Part shown: in pieces, positions 1-13,431 of the stretch
How the letters are laid out: every line of letters starts with the position of its first letter
Position numbering within the stretch: position 1 is the first letter of the stretch
NCBI GenBank assembly: GCA_023213395.1
Contig: CM041465.1
Span: 187,805,741 to 187,869,740, forward strand
Length of the DNA: 64,000 nucleotides
Direction of reading: 5' to 3'
Source of the DNA: Cycas panzhihuaensis
Lineage: Eukaryota; Plantae; Cycadophyta
Translations under genes and position numbers: made by a program
The notes under the pieces: model-generated
Seen by the model: the letters and a program-made list of their open reading frames with translations, nothing else
The model's database searches: none
Told to the model about the DNA's origin: nothing

Positions 1-209
1 AAAGCTTCCAATGTGACCACGCCTTTAGGAATTTTGGTTGATTTAAGGGATACCATTTTAAGATCTAAGTTAATTTCACACTCCTCCTCTTAATGAGACT
101 ATTCAAACTCTCCAAAATATATATTATCAAACTCTTATCAAATTGCAATGTGTACTTATCATCATTAAATACTTGTTAATATTACATATTGTTTGGCACT
201 ACAATTCTC

Positions 210-626
210 TAAAGAGAAAATATAACCATAGAAGTAATGTTATAATAGAACTCTAAACCATGTAAAGAACAAATAGTATAAACTAATCAAGTACTCAATA
301 AAGAACACTAAGAGATTCAAGTCTAAGTATAGACCTTTTATTAATCTGAGTAACAGCTAAAGAATTACAAAGATGAATAAACCCCAACTCTCATCCTTGA
401 CTCATCCACACCCTTATCATGTTACATGTGTCATCATATAAGAATATATAGACACAACATTACAAGATATCGTCTTGTAGTTTTATAATACAATGGGCAT
501 AAACCATAGGTTGAGAAAGACCCCTATAAGACACCTAAATTTTTTCTTGAGGGCTTCCGCCCAAAGGGGCTCAAGTGTAAAACCTATACCCATGTAATGC
601 TTGCAAAGTGTTTAACATATTTAACA
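210..626 (-). repeat. 3' LTR of Copia 210-5103
   Basis: Direct repeat of 4687-5103; TA(from TG)...CA termini; flanked by PPT (aagtgggtgac on minus). Confidence 0.93.
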
Positions 627-689
627 GTCACCCACTTATTGAACACTTTACAAGAAAACCTGCATACACAACTACTAAATGCCAAAATC

Positions 690-3600
690 ATAGACACCCA
701 ATATAATTTTACACCATTTAAATTTTTCTATGCTAACAATCTTGGTTAATGAGTCTACAACATTCTCTTGTGTAGAAATCTTCTACAAATCCACCTTGTG
801 ATCTTAAACTATTTCCCTCATAAAATGGAACTGCACATCAATATGCTTTAATCGAGCATGAAAAATAGGATTCTTTACTAGGTAGATTGCACTTTGACTA
901 TCACAATCTATCCTCACTATATCCTATTTAAAGCCAATATCTATGCATAATCTCTATAACCAAACTACTTCCTTGCATATATGAGTAGCTACCATATCCT
1001 CTGCTTCTGTACTAGAAAGTTCCACAACTTACTATCTTTTACTCATCTAGTTGACTATGCCACCATAAAGGATAAAAACATACCTACTTATAGATCTTCT
1101 ACTGTCAAGATCTCTAGCCCAATTAGTATCAACAAAACCTCTCAGGTTCACTGTTCTACTTATTATAGGATCTCCTTGATAGAAAATTCCATAGTTTAAT
1201 ATACCCTGCAGATACCTAAAAGTCCTTTTCATAACCACCCAATTCTCTCTGCCTAGGTTTGACATATACCTGCTAACTACTCCTACTACATGGGCAATGT
1301 CTAGTTGAGTGCAACCCATCACATACATCAGGCTATAAATAGTACTAGCATAAGGGACAAATACCATGTTTTCAACTTCTTAATGAGTCTTTGGGCATTA
1401 TTCAGCTGATAGTTTTAAACCAGTAGGAAGAGGAACATTAACTGATTTACTATCCTGCAACCTAAACCATTGTAATATTGTCTCAATATATTATCTTTGG
1501 CTAAGCTAAATCTTCATATTTATCTTATCCCTTTTAATCTTAATGCCTAAAATAAAATGTGCATTACCAAGATCCTTCATCTCAAAATGAGATTCCAATT
1601 GGTCTTTATAAGTTGATTCATTTCTTTATTGTTACTAACTAAAAGGATGTCATCAACATATAAATCCATAATAATAAAATGATCACCAACCTGCTTATAA
1701 TAAATACAATGATCTGCTTTGCTATGCATAAATCCATCCACCAATATATGTGAATCAAACTTCTAATACCATATCCTTAGTGATTATTTTAAGCTATATA
1801 ATGACTTCTTCAACCTATACATCATATTCTCCTTTCCTATAACTTCAAACCCTTCAGGCTACAACATATAAATTACTTTCTCAAGGTCACCATGAAGTAA
1901 TGCAGTTTTCACATCCATTTGATCCATCTTAAGATCATAGGCAATTGTTATAGCCAACAAAAATCTAATTGAAGTAACTTTTACAATAAGAGAAAATATC
2001 TTACCAAAATCTATTCCCTTTGCTACTAAGAGAGCCTTGTAGTTTTCCACAGTACTATCTGCCCATAACTTCTTCTTGAAGATCCATTTGTTACCAATAG
2101 GTTTTCTTCCATCAAGAAGATCCACCAAATCCCATGTATTATTTTTGTCTAAGGCCATCATTTTCCTTGTATGACCTTCATCAAGAGTTGGATCTTCTTT
2201 GACTCCAAAGCCTCTTGAACAGTACCTGGATCATCATCTGTAGTAGATAAAATAAAAGAGGAGTGACAAAAGTCTTTAGGAATATACCTGTCAAGTTATC
2301 TTCTCTCACGAGTTGATCTCCTTAAGATATGGGGCTCTTAAGGTTAAGCTACCTCTATAATTGGTTCTTCCTTTTTAGCCGACTCATATTCTGATGCAGA
2401 ATCTTCATCCCTTACTTCAAAGTATACCTTCTTAGAGTGTTCCTCCTTTGGTTCTTCATCCTATTTTAGAGACGTGAACTTCTCTTTAAAGACAACATCA
2501 TGGCTATATATAACTTTTTGTGTTTCAAGGTTATAAAGCTTATACCCTTTAACACCATTACCATAGTGAATGAAAATAGTCTTTTGTGCTTTAAAATCAA
2601 GCTTAGTCATGTGTTATTTAGGAACATGCACAAAAGCTTCACAACCAAAAACTCTAAGATGACCAAGCGATGGTTTCTTACCAGACCATACTTATTTAGG
2701 TGTTTTCTATACTAAGGCAGTTGTTGATGATCTATTTATTAGGTAGCTTGAAGTTATCACAGCCTCTGTCCAAAATTTCTTATCTAATCTAGCAGCACTA
2801 AGCATACTTCTTGATCTTTCTAGCAAGGTCCTATTCATCATTTTAGCAACTCCATTTTATTATGGCACATAGGAAATTATATTTTTCCTTACTATCCCAT
2901 ACTATTTATAGAACTTCTCAAACTCCTTTGAGAAAAACTCTCCTCCATTATTAATCTTAGGTACCTTGATCCGTCTGTCACTCTGATTCTCGACCAAGGC
3001 CTTGATTTATTTGAATTTACTAAAGACTTCATATTTCTACTTAAGGAATCATAGCCATGTCTTTCTCGAGAAATTATCTATGAATGAGACAAAGTATTTG
3101 GACCCATCCAATGAGGGTACATCAATAGGTCTAAAAACATCATTGTACACCAATTGTAGAATATCCTTTGCTCTCTTCAAGCTTGAAGAAAAACTAACTT
3201 GATTCTAAATCAAAATCAAAGGATTAATTAATTCTAGAGATGTCTTCTTCCATACCTTTGGAGAATAAATAATGGAGGCCTTTCTCTCCAATATGGCCCA
3301 ATCTCTAATGCCACAGCATAGTTTTATTAGCAGATATTTGAGTCTTGCCTTCATTATTGCTACTTTATGTAATAGCTAGACTACAACTTCCAGCACATAC
3401 CATACTTACATCATGCTTGTATAGTGTTCCAAATCAAACCCCTCTTGCTAATATCAATGCTCCTTAAACCATTCTACAACTGTCCTTATTGAAGATCACT
3501 TATATTCCTATATCACCTAATTGACTGACTGACAACAGACTCATAGCCAAACTAGGAATATGAATCACATCAGGGATAGTTTTAACCCTTCCATCCCTAA

Positions 3601-4600
3601 ATCGAACCTTCACCCTTCCACAACCCATAATTTTATATGGGTAATGATCCCCAAGAAATACTTCACCTCCATCAATCCTTATGTATTCATAAAACCAGTC
3701 CCTATGGGGAGTAACATAAAGTGAAGTACTAAATTCAATTAACCAAGACTCAACATTTGATAACTTACCTAAGGTTGTGAAATAAGCATTGCCATCAGCT
3801 TCATTAGAGGTTTTTGTTACTATGGAAGAAGTAGCTTTAAGTAACTTTCCCTTGTCAACCTTGACTCGACATTGGCTCTTCATATGGCTAGCCTTCCCAC
3901 ATCTCCAGCATACCAAAGGTCCTCTGCTTAGAGATTTAGATTTTCCTCTAGATTTTGGTTGTCTATTCCTAGGCCTTTATTGGTCGTGATCCAATGTTCA
4001 GCCTGTCACTACTAAGGCTTCTTTTGAATAATCCTTAAAAGATTTTTGCCTTCCCTCTTCTTACAGCAGAGGAGCAATAACATCATCAAATTTTAGGGTG
4101 GCAGTATTCGTGCTACTAATCATCATCACAAGATTATCCCAAGAATTAAGAAGTAAACATAATAGGGTAATACACTCATCTTCTTCAGATATTATTACCC
4201 CAACTGAAATAAGCTGACTCACCATAGTGTTAAATACAGTGAGATGATCTGCAATTGCATCTCCATCACTCATCTTAAGTGAATATAATTTTTTCTGAAG
4301 AAATAGCTTATTAACCATGGACTTTATATAATGCAAAGCCTCTAACTTTCTCCATAGATCTTTGGCTATAGAGTCTATGGCAACATTCAATAATACCATG
4401 TCTAAAAGTCATAACCTTGTCAAATTGATTACCTTTCGATTAAGCTTCTTCCAGTCTTCATCACCCATAATCATTGGCTTTATTCTTGCTATGATGATAT
4501 ATTGATCCTTCTCAACGAAGATATCTTATATCTTTAGCTTCCGCAACTCAAAGTTCTGACCATTAAACTTTTCAATCTCCATCTTTGTAGTGCTTGCCAT
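690..4600 (-). pseudogene. Copia gag-pol pseudogene (gag, CCHC knuckle, protease, integrase, RT, RNase H)
   Basis: Starts MASTTKMEIEKFNGQNF. ORF fragments: CWRCGKASHMKSQC, KNNTWDLVDL..GRKPIGNKWIF, QMDVKTALLHGDL, GFVDTNWARDLDSRRS. Many stops and frameshifts. Confidence 0.93.
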
Positions 4601-4672
4601 GATCTTCGCACTCAAGTTCATTGAATAACACTCCCACTTACCAAATGGCTTCCCATAGAACTAAAACCCTTA

Positions 4673-4684
4673 ACTCTAATACCA
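4673..4684 (-). promoter_or_regulatory. Primer-binding site (tRNA-iMet)
   Basis: TGGTATTAGAGT on minus (consensus TGGTATCAGAGC), 2 nt from the LTR. Confidence 0.85.
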
Positions 4685-4686
4685 AA

Positions 4687-5103
4687 TGAAGAGAAAATTA
4701 ATTATAGAAGTAATGTAATAATAAAACTCTAAACCATGTAAAGAATAAATAGCATAAACTAATCAAGCACTTAACAAAGAACATTAGGAGATTTAGGTTT
4801 AAGCATAGACCTTTTATTAATCTGAGCAACAGCTAAAAAATTACAGAGATGAATAAACCCCAACTCTCATCCTCAACTCATCCATACCCTTATCATGTTA
4901 CATGTGTCATTACATAAGAATATATAGACACAATATTACAAGATACTGCCTTATGATTTTATAATACAATGGGCATAAACCACGGGCCAATAAAGACCCC
5001 TATAAGACATCCAAAACTTTTTCTCAGGGGCTTCCGCCCAAAGGGGCTTGGGTGTAATGCCTATACCCATGTAACACTTACGAAGTATTCAACATATCTA
5101 ACA
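4687..5103 (-). repeat. 5' LTR of Copia 210-5103
   Basis: TG...CA, repeat of 210-626, adjacent to PBS. Confidence 0.93.
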
Positions 5104-6102
5104 CTCTCATTATGATTTTAACTACATCTCTTTCTTAGCCCACTTTTAAGATATTTTCTAATAAGGATTTTATTATTGTAAGATAATCAAAATATTGGTT
5201 ATCCTCTCTAAGAATATGCTTGATATTAAAGGCTTCAAATTTATCCATAAAGTTCTAACACTCTCTACTTATAGAATTGTAATCTCTCACACTTAGTGGT
5301 GCATAATTTCCTAACTTATTTTACTAATAATAGAATCTATATAAGCCTACAATAGCTTAATATTAAGGATTTCTATCTCTTATAATCCAAGGATTAATGC
5401 CTCATGCTCTATAGTGCTATTAGTGCACTTGAATATCTTCATGTAAGAAAAAGTCATAGCATGTCATATAAGGGACCTAATCATAATGCCATCATATACT
5501 ACTAATTTAGATTTAGCATAAGGTTTGTTGACCGTAGATCAATCACTTTAAAATGACTAAAAGGTTTAGTCTAAAGGAGTGAACCTTTCAACCAACTCCT
5601 GAGAAGGAGTCTTGTCTACTTGTGAGTGAGCTCTAAACTAAGGGAACTATACTAAAATAATATTTAAAATTATTTGCATGTGTATAAGAGAAATTGATCT
5701 AAATCTACTCAAGAAAAATAAAGTATTAATAAACTAAGATTACATGTAAGAAGTTAGCATGCACTCTTAGCTTATATAAATATACCATAAAATAAACATG
5801 CAAGGGATCCAACTATATAATATACAAATATGTAATTATTTTCCTTTTCACTTTTATGTTTTTTGTTAAATGTCTTATAATAAACTAAGAAAAACATAAG
5901 AGATAAGAGAGATCTAGGTGCTTAAGTTGTACTCATATTTATCCTATTACTTACTCCTTCATTTTTCTTTTCTACTTATTCAAGTGTACTTAATAGAAGA
6001 TAAAAGATTAAAGAAACAAGTAATTAAGCAATTAGAAGTCTAAGCCCGAAATCCACTAAATAAAACATTTTTAAATCTATTATTTTTTTGTGTATATGGA
6101 TA

Positions 6103-7015
6103 TAATCCAGGAGGATCTACCATATATTTACAGGAGGCAGAAAATGCTAGGAGGATCTACCATATGTCTACAGGATGTCAAAAATGCTAGGCATTGGTAT
6201 AACTGAAAGAGATAGGGTCAAATGGTATCAAACTTATATGAAATTTTGTGGAAAGGACGAATACACATCCCACTACATGTTTATAAAAGGTGGGGTTTAG
6301 AAAATACCATTTGATTAGATTTCAAACCTTGTTTTGCAGAAAATTGATCCCACAACCAGCAGAAAAACAACAAATATATACTATCATTAAATCAATGAAA
6401 ATATGGTCAAATGACATCCAAATGAGCTAAAATTTTGAGGAAGTAAAGTGGACATTATTTTTATAAGTGTTCCAAATGTGAGCTGAATTGGAGTTCGTTA
6501 AGCCTAGGTACAAGCTGCAACTTTTAAGAATTGCATGAAGGCCACTTGGACAACATGCCTTCTGGTTGTTAGTGGTTATACTTACATGATTGCCACTTGT
6601 TAAACATGAAATTTAGGTTTATTTCTATAAATTGAGCCCTCTTGATCTCATTTAAGTGGTTGGAGATTTGGTTCTTATATGTGAAAGAGACTTGACTTGG
6701 GAGCATCCTTTGAGAAGCACTTGGAGGGTTGGAGGCCCCCATTATAGTATAATTGTATCATCTATTCCTTATAACTTGACCATTCTTTTACTAGTTATTT
6801 TCTCCACTATTAAATGGAGATTTTTATAGTTTAATAGAAGTATTACTCTTCTTACCTTTGGAGCAATGGCAAGTATAAATGATTTGGTGTAGAATTTCCT
6901 TTTATGGGCTCATCCTTATTTTGATGTTATTGAGAATTCTACACTAATACCCAGGATCTCAAGGAGAAAGGTTGATAATTTATTTCTTCACCAATTAAGC
7001 TCTACTTTGGGATCA
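6103..7015 (+). repeat. 5' LTR of chromovirus; starts with a ~40-bp tandem duplication (GGAGGATCTACCATAT...AAAATGCTA)
   Basis: Direct repeat of 11634-12547. Confidence 0.93.
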
Positions 7016-7020
7016 TATTT

Positions 7021-7032
7021 TGGTATCAGAGC
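7021..7032 (+). promoter_or_regulatory. Primer-binding site (tRNA-iMet)
   Basis: Exact TGGTATCAGAGC, 5 nt after the LTR end. Confidence 0.9.
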
Positions 7033-7148
7033 ATGTGATCTTTGTTGTAGGAACTTGAATGGTACAAATAAGGAAAAGATACAAAGAGAAAGATGAAGCT
7101 TTTCTTGTGTTGCAATCACCAAGAAGATAAAGAAAGAATTCAAGCACC

Positions 7149-10100
7149 ATGGCCGAAAAAGAAGATGGAGAAATTAGATTTGAGAAGCTTGAGAAGAACG
7201 TGGAAGTATTGATACAAATGATAACCCAACTTCTAACTCTATTCAAGGGCAAATGAAAAGAGAAGGAAGTTGAAGGAGGATCCGCATATGACCACAACCA
7301 TGAAGAGGAAGAGGAGGAGACCTTAAAGCACTCATTTGAAGAAAGCAAGGGTACTTTATCTCATCAACCCTTCAAGGTAGAGGCAAAGTTGGATATTTCA
7401 ACTTATGATAGAGAGGTAAATACTAAAAAGTTGGACCATTGGTTGGATCAACGTGAAACCTACTTCATAATTTATGCTTAGAGTAATGCTCAAAAGCTTT
7501 CATTTGCTAGGCTCAAGTTGTGTAAACATGCATTGACATGGTGGAATGCATATTTGAAGACTCATGGTGTATCTTCTTTTTCATGGATAGATTTTAAAAA
7601 AATAATAAAGAAGCAATACTATCCTATAGGTCATGAGGAAGACCAATGGGTCACTTGGCAATATTTACGCCAAGGAAGAGATGTATGTGTCCAAGACTAT
7701 ACTTCTTTCTTTTTTAGGCATGGCATGCTACTTGGTATTAATATGGATGAATATAGCACTCTTATGAAATTCATTGGAGGATTACATGAATATATAAGGA
7801 AGGAACTAAGGCTTTTTAAAATCCATTGGACAAGCAAGTAAAATGGCTATGGCAATAGAAAGTAAAAGCAAGAAACCTATATTCATGTCTAAAGATTCTA
7901 CTTTTACTTCTAATAAGTATAAAAAGAATCCTAAATTGCACTCATCTAAAAGGCAAGAAGGAAAGAAGAAAAGAACTAATTTTGTTAAAAGTTCTAACTA
8001 TTGTGAGCATTGTGATATTAGTGGTCATATTGCAACAAAGTGTTAGAAGTTACATCCAGAGCTAAAGACAAAGCATATCAAGGATATGGAATTAAGAAAG
8101 AAGGAAAAAGGGAAAGCACTAGTTTCTGAGGTGGAGATTCAAATTGAAAGAGAAGAAGAGAAGGTTACTCTACTTACAAATTATAGAGACGATGCTATAA
8201 GGGAGGAACTATTTCACTTGAAGCTTCAAGTAGGAAATAATATTATTGGTGCCATTATAGATCTTGGGAGGAGCCAAAAGAATTTGATCTCAGAAAGTTT
8301 GGTAAAGAGCCTTGGGTTGGTAACTACTCCTCACCCTCACCCATATCTTCTTGGTTGGATCCATAAAGATGTGGACATGTAAATATCAAAGCAGTGTACA
8401 CTTAAATATTCCATCACTAATGCTTTTGTTGATGAAGTGATATGTAATGTGGTGCCATCAGATGTATGCCATGTTGTGTTTGGAAGTCCTACTTGTGGGA
8501 TTGAGATACACTCTTCTATTGAAGGGAGAGAAAGTGTTGATTGATAAAGGATAACAAGGGCTTCATCATAAAGGCCACAAAGAAGCACTTAGATAAGATA
8601 ACATTAATTTCATCCACTCAAGTAAAAAGGATGATTAATGCATATGGTAAATTCATCATCTTAATGGTAAGGAGAAAAGAAGAGCCAAGAGATGAAGAAG
8701 GTCCTTCTACTCATATTCTTCTTATATCACATAAACAAATGCAACAAATTGAGGAGTTAAAGACAAGGTATGACATTCTATTTTAACATATTGATGGGCT
8801 ACCACCAAAGAGAAAGATAGAGCATGGAATCACTCTTATAGGAGATGCACCATTGCCTAGTGTTTCTTTGTATAGGCACTCCATTATAGAGAATAAGATA
8901 AGAGGAGTTGCTTGATCAAGGGGTCATAAGACCTTTATATTCACCTTATGGGTCACTAATTATCTTGGTGCCTAAGCGGGATGGAGGATGGAGAATGTGT
9001 ATAGACTTTCGTGCTTTGAATAAAATTACAATTAAAAATCACTACTCTTTGCCTCGCATAGATGATTTGCTTGATCAAATTTAGCATACTTGTTATTTTA
9101 CTAAGTTGGATTTTAAAAGTGGTTATCACCAAGTTAGGGTCAAAGAGGAGGACACATGGAAGATGGCCTTCAAAACAAAGCAAGGACTCTTTGAAAGGAT
9201 GGTTATACCTTTCGAATTGTGTAATGCTCCTGCAACATTCATGAGGCTAATGAATGAAATGTTAAGTTCTTACTTGGATAATTTTGTTATTGTCTATCTT
9301 CATGACATTTTGATTTTCAGCAACATATGGGAGGAACATTTGTAACACATAGAAGAAGTTTTAAAGACTATGGCTAAGCATAATTTGAAGCTTAATGTGA
9401 AGAAGTATGGATTTGGCAAGGAGAACTTGGTCTTCTTAGGCTTTGTGGTTGGAGGAGAAAAGTTGAGCATCGATCCACTTAAGACTCAAGCCATTCTTAA
9501 ATGGCCTAGGCCAATAAACACCACAGAGGTGAGAAGTTTTTTGGGAGCTTGTCAATACTTGAGAAAGTTTATTCTTCATTTCTCACAGGTTGAAGCACCT
9601 CTACATGGATTGACAAAAGTTAGTAAAAAGTTTACTTAGGGTTCCAAGGAGGAAGAAGCTTTTCTTCTTCTAAAGAAGAAAAAACATGAAGCACTGGTTT
9701 TGGTAATGTCAAATTTGCAAAGGCCTTTTGAAGTAGAAGTTGATGCAAGTGGAAATGCGATGGGAGCTATCCTTATTCAAGATGGGAAGCCTATTGCTTA
9801 CCATTCAGAAGTCTTCACCCTCAAGTGAAAAACTACCCAGCATATAATTGAGAAATGTTCACACTACATCAAGCATGCAAGCATTGGAGGTCCTACTTAC
9901 TAGGAAAGGAGGTTGTAGTTCATATCGATCATAAGCCTCTTCAATTTTTGCAAACCCAAAGTAAATTACAATAAGTAAGACAAATGAAGTGGATGAGTTA
10001 TTTACAACATTTCAATATTGTAATTAAGTACAAAAAGGGATCTACTAACAAAATTGTTGATATGTTATCTAGACCACCTTGTTCCACTTCTTCTTCTACT

Positions 10101-11593
10101 TTTGTTTGTAGTTCTCTTATGAGTTTGCAAGTGGAGCCAATGCATCATGAAGAGTACAAAAACTTATACTATGAAGATGAAGCCTTGAGGGAAGAATTAG
10201 AGAACCTAACAAAAGGAAGACCTTCCCAGCTTGCTTGGAAGGATGGTCTACTTTTCAAAGGGGAGCAACTCTATGTTCCATCAAAAGGAGACAAGATTAA
10301 GTGGCTTAGATAAGCCCATACTTCTAAAATAGTTGGTCAGTTTGGTATAGAGAAGACTTTAGCAAACTTGAGAAGATATGTTGTATGGCCAAAAATGTAA
10401 AATGATGTAAACAAATATGTAAAAGGATGTGTAATGTGTAATACTTCTAAGCCTTCTTCTAGAAAATTAGGATTGTATACACCATTTCCTATTCCCACTA
10501 GGCTTTGGTAAAGTATCTCCATTGATTTCTTAGGGGACTTCCCATGACTAGGAAGGGACATGACTATCTCTTTGTTGTTGTAGATAGGTTCAGTAAAATG
10601 ATATGTCTAATACCTTGTAATAATACAATCACAGGAATAGGGGCAATTGAGTTATTCTTTGAGCATGTATGGAAGAATTTTGGCTTGCCTTCTTCCATTA
10701 TTTCAGATTGAGACACTCGATTCCTTTCATCATTTTGGAAGACACTATGGGAGATGATGGATACCAAATTGAAGAGGATTATAAGTTTTCATCCTCAAAC
10801 AGATGGACAAACTAAAGTAGTGAACAGAACTTTGGTACATTTATTGAGGGGACACAATTCCAAGTATCCAAAGACTTGGGATGAATCATTGGCTTTTCTA
10901 CAATTTGCATTTAATAGGGTAATGCATGCATCATACTCTAAAACACCTTTTGAAGTTTGCTTGGGATACTCGCCTTAAAGTCCATTTGACTTAGAGTTTT
11001 CCATGCAATCTAAGGAAGGATCCGTCAAAGAGAAGGAGGATCATGACAAGGCTTTAAGATACTTGGAGAATATCCAGAGAGTCCATAAAGAAGTACATGA
11101 TCAACTTCTAAGGACTCAACAAAAGTACAAGGAAAGACATGACAAGCATAGACAAGAGTGTACTTTTCAAGAAGGAGATTTGGTATGGTTATACTTGAGC
11201 AAGGAGAGGTTAAAAGGAGAAGGTAAGAAACTCAAACTGATAAGGTATGGACCATTCAAGATTTTGAGAAAAGTAGGTGGCAATGCTTTCCAACTTGATC
11301 TTCCACCTTATACGCAAATATATTCAGTAGTAAATGCTAAATATTTAAAACTCTTTAAGCCCTCCATGCTAGATGAGGATCAAGACCAATTCACTTTACC
11401 TTAAGTTGATGACTTATATTTGGAAAGTAAGGAGCCTCTTAAGGAAGATTGTATCTTGGAGAGAAAATCCACCAAAGCAAGACATAAGACACATGAATCT
11501 TTCAGGATTGCAGTAACAGGACAATTACTTAGTAAGGCCAAGTGGTTTAGTAGAAAACAAGGAGAACAACACTTCCCCCATCTCTAATTCTAA
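7149..11593 (+). pseudogene. Gypsy gag-pol pseudogene (gag, CCHC, protease, RT, RNase H, integrase with GPY/F, chromodomain)
   Basis: ALTWWN..W.DFK gag; CEHCDISGHIATKC; AIIDLG..QKNLIS..TTPHPHPY.LGW; DFKSGYHQVRV..PFELCNAPATF..VYLHDILIFS; HPQTDGQTKVVNR; RYGPFKIL; ILERK...KAKWF...HFPHL. Confidence 0.93.
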
Positions 11594-11633
11594 GCCAAAT
11601 AGGAGTTGGATATTTTCCAAGGAAGGGGAGCCA

Positions 11634-12547
11634 TGATCCAGGAGGATCTACCATATGTTTATAGGAGGTAGAAAATGATAGGAGGATCTACCATATGTCT
11701 ACAGGATGCAAAAAATGCTAGGCATTGGCATAACTAAAAGAGATAAGGTCAAATGGTATCAAACTAATATGAAATTTTGTGGAAAGGAATAAGACACATC
11801 CCACTACATCTGTACAAAAGGTTGGGTTCATAAAATATCATTTGATTAGATTTCAAGCCTTGTTTTGCAGAAAATTGATCCCACAGCCAACAAAAAAATA
11901 ACAAATACATACTATCATTAAATCAATGACAATAAGGTTAAATGATATCCAAATTAGCTAAACTTTTGGGGAAGTGAAGGGGACATGTGTTCCTGTATGT
12001 GTTCTAAATTTTAGCTTAATTAGAGTTTGTTAAGCCTAGGTACAAGCCACAACTTTTAAGAATTGCATGAAGGCCAGTTGGACAACATGCATTCTGGTTG
12101 TTAGTGGTTATACTTACATGATTTCCACTTGTTAAACATGAAATTTGGGTTTCTTTATATAAATTGAGCCCTCTTGAGCTCATTTACATGGTTGGAGACT
12201 TGGTTCTTGTATGTGAAAGAGACTTGGCTTGGGATCATCCTTGGAGAAACACTTGGAGGGTTGGAGTCCCCCATTATGGTATAATTATATCATCTATTCC
12301 TTATAACTTGACTATTCTTTTGCTAGTTATTTTCTCTACCATTAAATGGAGATTTTTATAGTTTAATAGAAGTATTACTCTTATTACCTTTGGAGTAATG
12401 GCAAGTATAAATGATTTGGTGTAGAATTTCCTTTTGTGGGATCATCCTTATTTTGATGTTATTGAGAATTCTATACTAATACCCAGGATCTCAAGGAGAA
12501 AGGTCGATAATTTATTTCTTCATCAATTAAGCTCTACTTTGGGATCA
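11634..12547 (+). repeat. 3' LTR of chromovirus
   Basis: TG...CA, preceded by PPT aaggaaggggag. Confidence 0.93.
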
Positions 12548-13404
12548 AGATAAAATAAGAAAAATTAAATAAAGATAGTAGGATAAGCAAAAGATCTATT
12601 TACTTTATTTTCCTTTTTCCTTTTTTTCTTTTTCAAAATATTGAGACCAAGAAAAGAAAGAAAACTATAAGTATTAGGATGAGAGTTGTGCACCTCATGT
12701 TGAAGCTTGCAGCCAAATTATTTCACTTACTTCAAAGCTCTTCTTATGTTAAGATGATGCTCATTGATAAATAGAATATAACATGGATATTATAATAATT
12801 AATTTAAAAGAAATAATTCTCACATGTAAGTCTAAAAATGAACTAAGATAATCCCAACAACTATAGTACTTAAAGTAAACTTTACATGTAAAGGAGAAAA
12901 ACTATCTTACTTGATAACCCTTTCTTATTTTCCACTTCACTTCCTGTAAAAAGTTAGGGATATGATATGCCAACCCTTAATAGGCCAAAACTTATTAAGA
13001 TTTATATGAAAGAGGAAATAAGAAGGGTATGACTACTTGAGAAAGTAGTATAACTAGGAATTAAAGTTGGTTCAATCCCTCAAAGCTAATGAAAACAAGA
13101 AGTGTATGCCTTAGAATAATGCCTTACTTCTATTCAACACTTCACCATCAAATCTAAGGAGCCATGAAACTGCTAGGAATGATAACAAATATGTTGATAG
13201 AGAGAATAGTTAACACAAGTAAAACTAGTAAAAATTGTAAAAGACTAATCTCAATATATGAGTGAGAGATTAGACCTAAGAACTAAGCAAGAGATAAGGT
13301 AAATATAGCTCATTATTCCTCATAGTAGGCCCAATAGGTTCTCATAGAGATGGATCTCTAATCAAGTCTTAAACAATAAGGTAAATACAAGTAAAATCTC
13401 ATAG

Positions 13405-13431
13405 AAGTTTGGTAAGTTTGGTAAGTTTGGT
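13405..13431 (+). repeat. Short tandem repeat (AAGTTTGGT)x3
   Basis: Three perfect 9-bp units. Confidence 0.85.

Larger units (their letters stand above)
210..5103 (-). mobile_element. Full-length decayed Ty1/Copia LTR retrotransposon, Tork/Tnt1-like
   Basis: 417-bp LTR pair 210-626 and 4687-5103; near-TSD ttctc (205-209)/ctctc (5104-5108); PBS 4673-4684; PPT 627-637; gag-PR-INT-RT-RH order on the minus strand. Confidence 0.95.
1..6102 (-). mobile_element. Decayed Ty3/Gypsy Tat-type element (host of the Copia at 210-5103); archaeal-type RNase H remnant at ~5170-5540
   Basis: Manual minus-strand translation of 5540-5170 gives CTNSTIEHEALILGL...AYIDS...VK*VRK...KFEAFNIKHILREDNQYFDYL, matching the aRH pattern CTNNxAEYEAL..GDS..HIxRxxNxxAD. 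It continues across the Copia insertion in 209-1 as VPNNM*Y*QVFNDD...LKSTKIPKGVVTLE. Element ends not found. Confidence 0.65.
6103..12547 (+). mobile_element. Full-length decayed Ty3/Gypsy chromovirus, CRM-like, with C-terminal chromodomain
   Basis: ~913-bp LTRs 6103-7015 and 11634-12547 with TGATCC...GGATCA terminal inverted repeat; TSD ggata/agata; perfect PBS 7021-7032; PPT 11619-11630; gag-PR-RT-RH-INT order. Confidence 0.95.

Noticed and set aside
6103-6195. Direct repeats resembling a CRISPR array
   Set aside because: Only two adjacent units with no unique spacers, duplicated in the other LTR, and no cas genes; it is an LTR sub-repeat.
7021-7032. tRNA-complementary sequences as tRNA genes
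   Set aside because: Only 12-nt PBS matches adjacent to LTRs; no cloverleaf.
12164-12361. 65-aa hydrophobic ORF as an env-like gene
   Set aside because: Lies inside the 3' LTR, starts at TTG, and is not kept open in the 5' LTR.
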